Of a DNA stretch of 5,090 nucleotides, positions 1-5,090 are shown one piece after another. The position numbers and the translations under genes were made by a program. Under the pieces are notes generated by a model, which saw only the letters and a list, made by a program, of their open reading frames with translations, searched no databases and was not told where the DNA came from. Source of the DNA: a virus (taxonomy: Duplodnaviria; Heunggongvirae; Uroviricota; Caudoviricetes); IMG/VR virus record IMGVR_UViG_2698536348_000006, positions 1-5,090 of that record. The stretch is one strand, 5' to 3'. Numbering within the stretch: the first letter of the stretch is position 1; each line of letters opens with the position of its first letter.

Positions 1-1755
1 GCCACGAAAGGCTTTGATGAGCAGACCCGTCGCCTGAAAGAAAACATGGGGACACTGGAGACCTGGGCGGATAAAACAGGGAAGGCATTCAAATCGATGT
101 GGGATGCCATTCTGGATATCGGTCGTCCTGAGTCCTCAGCGGATATGCTCGCCAGTGCACAGAAGGCATTTGATGAGGCGGATAAAAAATGGCAGTGGTA
201 CCAGAGCCGGAGCCAGCGCCGGGGAAAAACCGCCTCTTTTCGTGCGAACCTTCAGGGTGCATGGGATGACCGGGAAAATGCCCGTCTGGGGCTGGCAGCG
301 GCCACGCTGCAGTCGGATATGGAAAAAGCCGGTGAACTGGCCGCCAGGGACCGGGCCGAACGGGACGCATCACAGCTGAAGTATACCGGAGAGGCGCAGA
401 AGGCGTATGAGCGTCTGCTGACGCCGCTGGAGAAATATACCGCCCGTCAGGAAGAACTGAATAAGGCCCTGAAAGACGGGAAAATCCTGCAGGTGGATTA
501 CAACACGCTGATGGCGGCGGCGAAAAAGGATTATGAATCGACGCTGAAAAAGCCGAAGTCGTCAGGAGTCAAAGTGTCAGCCGGTGAGCGCCAGGAAGAC
601 CGGGCACATGCTGCCCTGCTGGCGCTTGAAACTGAGCTCCGGACGCTGGAGAAGCACAGCGGTGCGAATGAGAAAATCAGCCAGCAGCGTCGCGATTTAT
701 GGAAAGCGGAAAATCAGTATGCGGTCCTGAAAGAGGCTGCCACGAAACGCCAGTTATCTGAGCAGGAAAAATCCCTGCTGGCCCATGAGAAAGAGACGCT
801 GGAGTACAAACGCCAGCTGGCTGAGCTTGGCGACAAGGTTGAACACCAGAAACGGCTGAATGAGCTGGCACAGCAGGCGGCGCGGTTTGAACAGCAGCAG
901 AGCGCGAAGCAGGCAGCCATCAGCGCAAAAGCCCGCGGCCTCACCGACCGTCAGGCGCAGCGGGAGTCGGAAGAGCAGCGCCTTCGTGACGTGTACGGTG
1001 ATAATCCGGCTGCGCTGGCGAAGGCCACATCTGCACTGAAGAACACCTGGTCTGCGGAGGAGCAGCTTCGTGGAAGCTGGATGGCCGGGCTGAAGTCCGG
1101 CTGGGGCGAGTGGGCGGAAAGTGCGACGGACAGTTTTTCGCAGGTTAAAAGCGCGGCCACGCAGACCTTTGACGGTATTGCACAGAATATGGCAGCGATG
1201 CTGACCGGCAGCGAACAGAACTGGCGTGGTTTCACCCGTTCTGTGCTCTCCATGCTGACAGAGATTTTTCTGAAGCAGGCGATGGTGGGGATAGTCGGGA
1301 GTATCGGCAGCGCCATTGGCGGTACTTTCGGTGGTGGTGCGTCTGCCTCCACGGGGACGGCCATTCAGGCTGCGGCGGCGAACTTCCATTTCGCGACCGG
1401 GGGATTTACGGGGACGGGGGGTAAATATGAACCTGCGGGGATTGTCCACCGCGGGGAGTTTGTCTTCACGAAGGAGGCAACCAGCCGGATTGGCGTCGGC
1501 AACCTGTATCGTCTGATGCGCGGGTATGCGGAAGGTGGTTATGTGGGCGGTGCCGGAAGTCCGGCGCAGATGCGGCGGGCGGAAGGCATTAGTTTTAATC
1601 AGAACAATCACGTGGTGATTCAGAACGACGGCACCAACGGACAGGCGGGGCCGCAGCTGATGAAGGCGGTGTATGACATGGCCCGCAAGGGGGCGCAGGA
1701 TGAGATTCAGGCGCAGATGCGTGATGGCGGCGTCTTTTCCGGAGGCAGGCGATGA
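1..1755 (+). CDS. H: Phage tail tape measure protein (lambda gpH-like), 5'-truncated by window edge
   Basis: Frame 1 is open from base 1 to TGA at 1753-1755 (track ORF 46..1755 is the first in-frame ATG only). Ala/Gln/Glu/Arg/Lys-rich coiled-coil-like N-terminal part, Gly-rich segment (IVGSIGSAIGGTFGGGASASTGTAIQ...GGFTGTGG, ~nt 1290-1430) and C-terminal ...HVVIQNDGTNGQAGP...RDGGVFSGGRR match my recall of the lambda gpH C-terminus. Stop overlaps the next gene start (ATGA). Confidence 0.9.
   Translation, partial: ATKGFDEQTRRLKENMGTLETWADKTGKAFKSMWDAILDIGRPESSADMLASAQKAFDEADKKWQWYQSRSQRRGKTASFRANLQGAWDDRENARLGLAAATLQSDMEKAGELAARDRAERDASQLKYTGEAQKAYERLLTPLEKYTARQEELNKALKDGKILQVDYNTLMAAAKKDYESTLKKPKSSGVKVSAGERQEDRAHAALLALETELRTLEKHSGANEKISQQRRDLWKAENQYAVLKEAATKRQLSEQEKSLLAHEKETLEYKRQLAELGDKVEHQKRLNELAQQAARFEQQQSAKQAAISAKARGLTDRQAQRESEEQRLRDVYGDNPAALAKATSALKNTWSAEEQLRGSWMAGLKSGWGEWAESATDSFSQVKSAATQTFDGIAQNMAAMLTGSEQNWRGFTRSVLSMLTEIFLKQAMVGIVGSIGSAIGGTFGGGASASTGTAIQAAAANFHFATGGFTGTGGKYEPAGIVHRGEFVFTKEATSRIGVGNLYRLMRGYAEGGYVGGAGSPAQMRRAEGISFNQNNHVVIQNDGTNGQAGPQLMKAVYDMARKGAQDEIQAQMRDGGVFSGGRR
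1741..1745 (+). promoter_or_regulatory. Shine-Dalgarno-like GGAGG upstream of M start
   Basis: GGAGG at 1741-1745, 6 nt before ATG at 1752; lies inside the 3' end of H, consistent with translational coupling. Confidence 0.5.
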
Positions 1756-2081
1756 AAACATTTCGCTGGAAAGTGAAGCCGGATATGGAGGTGAACTCGC
1801 AGCCATCGGTGCGTGAAGTGCGTTTTGGTGATGGGTATTCGCAGCGTATGGCGGCGGGGCTGAATGCTGACCTGAAAACATACCGTGTGACGCTTTCCGT
1901 GACCCGGGAGGAGGCCCGGCATCTGGAAGCGTTCCTGGCAGAGCACGGTGGCTGGAAGGCATTTTTGTGGAAGCCACCCTATGCATACCGGCAGATAAAG
2001 GTGACCTGTGCCGGGTGGTCTGCGCGGGTCGGGATGTTGCGCGTTGAGTTCAGCGCGGAGTTTAAGCAGGTGGTGAACTGA
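1752..2081 (+). CDS. M: Phage minor tail protein M (lambda gpM-like), 109 aa
   Basis: ATG 1752 overlaps the H stop (ATGA). Protein MKTFRWKVKP...VRFGDGYSQR...HGGWKAFLWKPPY...RVEFSAEFKQVVN closely resembles lambda gpM as I recall it, same length (109 aa). Stop TGA 2079-2081 overlaps the L start. Confidence 0.9.
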   Translation: MKTFRWKVKPDMEVNSQPSVREVRFGDGYSQRMAAGLNADLKTYRVTLSVTREEARHLEAFLAEHGGWKAFLWKPPYAYRQIKVTCAGWSARVGMLRVEFSAEFKQVVN

Positions 2082-2779
2082 TGCAGGACATTCATGAAGA
2101 AAGCCTGAACGAGTCGGTTAAATCAGAGCAGTCACCGCGGGTGGTGCTCTGGGAAATTGACCTGACGGTGCAGGGCGGTGAGCGGTATTTTTTCTGCAAT
2201 GAGCTGAATGAAAAAGGGGAGCCGGTCACCTGGCAGGGGCGGGAATATCAGGCATACCCGATTGACGGCAGTGGCTTTGAGATGAACGGGAAGGGCAGCA
2301 GTGCCAGACCGTCGCTGACGGTGTCGAATCTGTTTGGTCTGGTCACCGGGATGGCGGAGGACCTGCAGAGCCTGGTGGGGGCCACGGTGGTCCGCCGCCG
2401 GGTGTATGCCCGTTTTCTGGATGCGGTGAATTTTGTGGCGGGCAATCCGGAAGCGGACCCGGAGCAGGAGCTGAGCGACCGCTGGGTGGTGGAGCAGATG
2501 TCAGAGCTGACGGCCATGACAGCCTCGTTTGTGCTGGCCACACCGACCGAGACGGACGGGGCGCTGTTTCCCGGTCGCATCATGCTGGCGAACACCTGTA
2601 TGTGGACCTACCGCTCTGATGAGTGTGGTTACACGGGCGGGGCTGTGGCGGATGAGTTCGATAAACCCACCACGGATATCCGTAAGGACAGATGCAGCAA
2701 GTGCATGCGCGGGTGTGAGATGCGCGGCATGGTGGCTAATTTTGGCGGTTTCCTTTCCATTAATAAACTTTCGCAGTAA
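2081..2779 (+). CDS. L: Phage minor tail protein L (lambda gpL-like), 232 aa
   Basis: ATG 2081 overlaps the M stop (TGATG). Protein MQDIHEESLNE...VVLWEIDL...GERYFFCNE...GRIMLANTCMW...DRCSKCMRGC...NFGGFLSINKLSQ matches lambda gpL in length and motifs, including the Cys-rich C-terminal region. Stop TAA 2777-2779. Confidence 0.9.
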   Translation: MQDIHEESLNESVKSEQSPRVVLWEIDLTVQGGERYFFCNELNEKGEPVTWQGREYQAYPIDGSGFEMNGKGSSARPSLTVSNLFGLVTGMAEDLQSLVGATVVRRRVYARFLDAVNFVAGNPEADPEQELSDRWVVEQMSELTAMTASFVLATPTETDGALFPGRIMLANTCMWTYRSDECGYTGGAVADEFDKPTTDIRKDRCSKCMRGCEMRGMVANFGGFLSINKLSQ

Positions 2780-2861
2780 ATCCCGGTTTATGACACAGAC
2801 TGAATCAGCGATTCTGGCGCATGCCCGGCGGTGTGCGCCTGCGGAGTCGTGCGGCTTCGTG
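2675..2861 (+). repeat. 187-bp L-3'end / K-5'start junction unit, copy 1 (identical to copies 2 and 3)
   Basis: Direct comparison by eye: 2675-2861 = 3970-4156 = 4565-4751 with no mismatches I could find. Spans the last ~35 codons of L, the 10-nt intergenic spacer and the first 24 codons of K. Confidence 0.85.
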
Positions 2862-2924
2862 ATAAGCACGCCGGAGGGGGAGACTGGTGTATTCCCCGGT
2901 CTACCATATCGCCATTCAGAATGA
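2790..2924 (+). pseudogene. K: Truncated tail assembly protein K stub (about 31 native codons, then unrelated sequence to a stop)
   Basis: ATG 2790 follows the L stop by 10 nt, as for copies at 4085 and 4680. First codons MTQTESAILAHARRCAPAESCGFVISTPEGE match the lambda gpK N-terminus; homology ends near 2882 and the frame stops at TGA 2922-2924 (44 codons). The JAMM HSHPGG motif present in the other K copies is absent. Confidence 0.7.
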
Positions 2925-3042
2925 CGGGACTAATGGCCAGATAGGGCCGGAGGCGGCAGGCAGCCTTGTGCAACTGATTGACCAGCGGGTGCAGGCGGTG
3001 ATGCTGTCCATGCGACGTGACGGAGGAATACTGAGTGGCTGA
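2884..3042 (+). pseudogene. 3' remnant of a second, divergent tape-measure (gpH-like) gene with no start
   Basis: Frame 1 translation ...HIAIQNDGTNGQIGPEAAGSLVQLIDQRVQAVMLSMRRDGGILSG* ending at TGA 3040-3042 parallels the C-terminus of H1 (HVVIQNDGTNGQAGP...RDGGVFSGGRR*) but is clearly a different allele. It is in a different frame from the K stub, has no upstream ORF, and is followed directly by an M homolog as at the H1/M1 junction. Left boundary approximate. Confidence 0.6.
3022..3027 (+). promoter_or_regulatory. Shine-Dalgarno-like GGAGGA upstream of M2 start
   Basis: GGAGGA at 3022-3027, 7 nt before GTG at 3035; located in the 3' end of the tape-measure remnant, mirroring the H1/M1 arrangement. 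Confidence 0.4.
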
Positions 3043-3376
3043 GATAAAAACGCTGCATCTGGTCCCGCGTGAAGGGATGCAGGTGAGTGAGAAGCCGTCG
3101 GTGGTGAGGGTGCGGTTTGGTGACGGTTATGAACAGCGCCGCCCCACAGGGCTGAATCCTCAACTGAAGACGTTTCAGGCGGTGTTCCGGGTGACGGATG
3201 AGTCAACCCGGCGCTGGCTGGAAGAGTTTTTATCGTGGCATGGTGGTTACCGTGCCTTTTTGTGGCGACCGCCGAAACATAACCGGACGGTGAGGGTTGT
3301 GTGCCGTGAGTGGAGTGTCACGGATAATGCCCGGTACAGTGATTTCAGTTGCACGATAGAGCAGGTGGTGAACTGA
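3035..3376 (+). CDS. M: Phage minor tail protein M homolog, divergent allele (113 aa if GTG start)
   Basis: ORF in frame 2 ending TGA 3374-3376, overlapping the L2 start. Shares gpM core motifs with M1 (PSV.RVRFGDGY.QR, HGG..AFLW.PP, ..QVVN C-terminus) but roughly half the residues differ. Start uncertain: GTG 3035 has an SD at proper spacing; in-frame ATG at 3077 is the alternative. Confidence 0.75.
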   Translation: MAEIKTLHLVPREGMQVSEKPSVVRVRFGDGYEQRRPTGLNPQLKTFQAVFRVTDESTRRWLEEFLSWHGGYRAFLWRPPKHNRTVRVVCREWSVTDNARYSDFSCTIEQVVN

Positions 3377-4074
3377 TGCAGGATATTCACGAAGAAAGCC
3401 TGAACGAGTCGGTTAAATCAGAGCAGTCACCGCGGGTGGTACTCTGGGAAATCGACCTGACGGTACAGGGCGGTGAGCGGTATTTTTTCTGCAATGAGCT
3501 GAATGAAAAAGGGGAGCCGGTGACCTGGCAGGGGCGGAAGTACCAGGCATACCCGATTGACGGCAGTGGCTTTGAGATGAACGGGAAGGGCAGCAGTGCC
3601 AGACCGTCGCTGACGGTGTCCAATCTGTTTGGTCTGGTCACCGGGATGGCGGAGGACCTGCAGAGCCTGGTGGGGGCCACGGTGGTCCGCCGCCGGGTGT
3701 ATGCCCGTTTTCTGGATGCGGTGAATTTTGTGGCGGGCAATCCGGAAGCGGACCCGGAGCAGGAGCTGAGCGACCGCTGGGTGGTGGAGCAGATGTCAGA
3801 GCTGACGGCCATGACAGCCTCGTTTGTGCTGGCAACACCGACGGAGACGGACGGGGCGCTGTTTCCTGGTCGCATCATGCTGGCGAACACCTGTATGTGG
3901 GATTACCGGGGAGATGAATGCGGGTATAACGGTCCTGCGGTGGCGGATGAGTTCGACAACCCCACCACGGATATCCGTAAGGACAGATGCAGCAAGTGCA
4001 TGCGCGGGTGTGAGATGCGCGGCATGGTGGCTAATTTTGGCGGTTTCCTTTCCATTAATAAACTTTCGCAGTAA
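3376..4074 (+). CDS. L: Phage minor tail protein L, second copy (232 aa)
   Basis: ATG 3376 overlaps the M2 stop (TGATG) exactly as at 2079-2083; same 699-nt length as L1. Protein differs from L1 at only a few residues (REYQ/RKYQ, CMWTYRSDECGYTGG/CMWDYRGDECGYNGP, DKP/DNP). The track's 3349 start is an upstream in-frame ATG and probably not the real start. Stop TAA 4072-4074. Confidence 0.85.
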   Translation: MQDIHEESLNESVKSEQSPRVVLWEIDLTVQGGERYFFCNELNEKGEPVTWQGRKYQAYPIDGSGFEMNGKGSSARPSLTVSNLFGLVTGMAEDLQSLVGATVVRRRVYARFLDAVNFVAGNPEADPEQELSDRWVVEQMSELTAMTASFVLATPTETDGALFPGRIMLANTCMWDYRGDECGYNGPAVADEFDNPTTDIRKDRCSKCMRGCEMRGMVANFGGFLSINKLSQ

Positions 4075-4156
4075 ATCCCGGTTTATGACACAGACTGAAT
4101 CAGCGATTCTGGCGCATGCCCGGCGGTGTGCGCCTGCGGAGTCGTGCGGCTTCGTG
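3970..4156 (+). repeat. 187-bp L-3'end / K-5'start junction unit, copy 2
   Basis: Identical to 2675-2861 (offset 1295) and 4565-4751 (offset 595). Confidence 0.85.
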
Positions 4157-4669
4157 GTGAGAACGCCGGAGGGGGAGCGGTATATCCCTTGTGTGAATAT
4201 TTCCGCAGAGCCGGAGGCGTATTTTCGTATTGCGCCGGAAGACTGGCTGCAGGCACAGATGCAGGGGGAGATTGTGGCACTGGTCCACAGTCATCCCGGT
4301 GGTCTGCCCTGGCTGAGCGAGGCCGACCGGCGGCTGCAGATAAAAAGTGCACTGTCCTGGTGGCTGGTCTGCCGGGGGGACATTCATAAATTCCGCTGTG
4401 TGCCACATCTGACAGGACGGCGCTTTGAGCACGGGGTGACGGACTGTTACACGCTGTTCCGGGATGCCTACCATCTGGCGGGAATTGATATGCCGGATTT
4501 TGAGCGTGAGGATGACTGGTGGCGCAACGGTCAGAACCTTTACCTGGACAATATGGCGGTCACAGATATCCGTAAGGACAGATGCAGCAAGTGCATGCGC
4601 GGGTGTGAGATGCGCGGCATGGTGGCTAATTTTGGCGGTTTCCTTTCCATTAATAAACTTTCGCAGTAA
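4085..4669 (+). CDS. K: Chimeric tail assembly protein K: K N-terminal ~160 aa (JAMM/MPN domain) fused in frame to the last ~35 aa of L
   Basis: ATG 4085, 10 nt after the L2 stop. Residues 1 to ~160 (MTQTESAILAHARRCAPAESCGFVVRTPEGERYIPCVNI...VHSHPGGLPWLSEADRR...DCYTLFRDAYHLAGIDMPDFEREDDWWRNGQNLYLDNMA) follow lambda gpK. From ~4565 the DNA is identical to the L 3' end, giving C-terminus ...TDIRKDRCSKCMRGCEMRGMVANFGGFLSINKLSQ* (TAA 4667-4669). The C-terminal part of gpK is missing. Appears as the tail of track ORF 3824..4669. Confidence 0.6.
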   Translation: MTQTESAILAHARRCAPAESCGFVVRTPEGERYIPCVNISAEPEAYFRIAPEDWLQAQMQGEIVALVHSHPGGLPWLSEADRRLQIKSALSWWLVCRGDIHKFRCVPHLTGRRFEHGVTDCYTLFRDAYHLAGIDMPDFEREDDWWRNGQNLYLDNMAVTDIRKDRCSKCMRGCEMRGMVANFGGFLSINKLSQ

Positions 4670-4751
4670 ATCCCGGTTTATGACACAGACTGAATCAGCG
4701 ATTCTGGCGCATGCCCGGCGGTGTGCGCCTGCGGAGTCGTGCGGCTTCGTG
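4565..4751 (+). repeat. 187-bp L-3'end / K-5'start junction unit, copy 3 (L part follows K codons, not an L gene)
   Basis: Identical to the other two copies; here the L-derived portion is fused downstream of K codon ~160 rather than ending a full L gene. Identity with copy 1 continues to 4772 (= 2882). Confidence 0.85.
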
Positions 4752-5090
4752 ATAAGCACGCCGGAGGGGGAGTGGTATATCCCTTGTGTGAATATTTCTG
4801 CAGAGCCGGAGGCGTATTTTCGTATCGCACCGGAAGACTGGCTGCAGGCACAGATGCAGGGGGAGATTGTGGCACTGGTCCACAGTCATCCCGGTGGGCT
4901 GCCCTGGCTGAGCGAGGCTGACCGGCGGCTGCAGATAAAAAGCGCACTGCCCTGGTGGCTGGTCTGCCGGGGTGACATTCACAAATTCCGCTGCGTGCCG
5001 CACCTGACGGGACGGCGCTTTGAGCACGGGGTGACGGACTGTTACACCCTGTTCCGGGATGCCTACCATCTGGCGGGGATAACGCTGCCG
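4680..5090 (+). CDS. K: Tail assembly protein K (lambda gpK-like), 3'-truncated by window edge
   Basis: ATG 4680, 10 nt after the preceding stop; frame open to the window end (137 codons). Translation MTQTESAILAHARRCAPAESCGFVISTPEGEWYIPCVNISAEPEAYF...VHSHPGGLPWLSEADRR...GVTDCYTLFRDAYHLAGITLP matches the gpK N-terminus; about 95% nt identical to 4085-4560 with mostly synonymous changes. Confidence 0.85.
   Translation, partial: MTQTESAILAHARRCAPAESCGFVISTPEGEWYIPCVNISAEPEAYFRIAPEDWLQAQMQGEIVALVHSHPGGLPWLSEADRRLQIKSALPWWLVCRGDIHKFRCVPHLTGRRFEHGVTDCYTLFRDAYHLAGITLP

Noticed and set aside
89-944. Short ORFs on both strands inside the H gene (89..373 -, 104..379 +, 677..871 -, 714..944 -, 951..1364 -, 1316..1516 +, 1707..1946 -)
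   Set aside because: All overlap the H coding frame, which has strong homology support; these are out-of-frame or antisense artefacts.
754-1986. 410-aa ORF on the minus strand
   Set aside because: Lies entirely antisense to the well-supported tape measure and M genes; Pro/Arg/Ser/His/Ala-rich low-complexity translation typical of the reverse frame of GC-rich coding DNA; no recognisable motifs.
2606-2666. Diversity-generating retroelement (template/variable repeat) acting on the L C-terminus
   Set aside because: Substitutions between the L1 and L2 variable clusters involve all four bases rather than being adenine-specific, and no reverse transcriptase gene is present in the window.
2501-2869. 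Repeated minus-strand ORFs beginning MLITKPHDSAGAHRRACARIADSVCVI (2501..2869, 4100..4759, 4695..5069) and other minus-strand ORFs in L/K (2248..2595, 2343..2543, 2788..2973, 2916..3206, 2930..3163, 3387..3890, 3638..3838, 4083..4406, 4678..4947)
   Set aside because: They recur only because the underlying L/K DNA is repeated; each is antisense to a supported tail gene and shows Pro/Arg-rich antisense-type composition.
2529-2924. Long + strand ORFs 2529..2924 and 3824..4669 starting MCW...
   Set aside because: Their 5' portions are an alternative frame running through the 3' end of L; only the part from the K ATG (2790 or 4085) onward has gpK homology, so the upstream extension is not called.
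3349-3375. Upstream ATG at 3349 as start of L2 (track ORF 3349..4074)
   Set aside because: L1 and lambda L begin MQDIHEE..., corresponding to ATG 3376, which also forms the conserved TGATG overlap with the M stop; the 9 extra codons lie inside M2.
4126-4389. + strand ORFs 4126..4389 and 4721..4921 (MCACGVVRLR...)
   Set aside because: Out-of-frame ORFs within the K coding region, repeated because K is repeated; Gly/Ala/Arg-rich with no motifs.
2675-4751. CRISPR array
   Set aside because: The repeats are 187 bp and longer, protein-coding, and separated by 400-1100 bp of homologous coding sequence; nothing like 25-40 bp repeats with unique spacers.
1-5090. Programmed -1 frameshift (G/GT-type tail chaperone)
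   Set aside because: In lambdoid phages that site lies upstream of the tape measure gene, outside this window; I found no slippery heptamer with a convincing context here.
1-5090. Novel defence or toxin system in this window
   Set aside because: Every substantial ORF is accounted for by lambdoid tail proteins or their fragments; there is no unexplained coding capacity, so the unusual signal is structural (repeat and mosaic architecture), not a new gene system.

Overview
This window is a lambdoid phage tail-tip assembly region on the + strand with the lambda gene order H (tape measure, 3' part) - M - L - K, but the module is iterated and mosaic rather than a single clean operon. The layout is: H (1..1755), M1 (1752..2081), L1 (2081..2779), a K stub truncated after about 31 native codons (2790..2924), a 3' remnant of a different tape-measure allele (~2884..3042), a divergent M2 (3035..3376), L2 (3376..4074, about 95% nt identical to L1 by eye), a K N-terminal region fused in frame to the last ~35 codons of L (4085..4669), and a third K start running off the window (4680..5090). 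A 187-bp unit spanning the L stop and K start is perfectly identical in all three copies, while the flanks differ by a few percent. No RNA genes, CRISPR arrays or transposase/integrase genes are visible. Reverse-strand ORFs in the track are antisense to these tail genes and look spurious. The main open question is whether this is a genuine tandem, mosaic or decaying prophage tail locus, or an assembly chimera of several related prophages. All homology statements rest on my recall of lambda gpH/gpM/gpL/gpK and on by-eye alignment, not on a database search.
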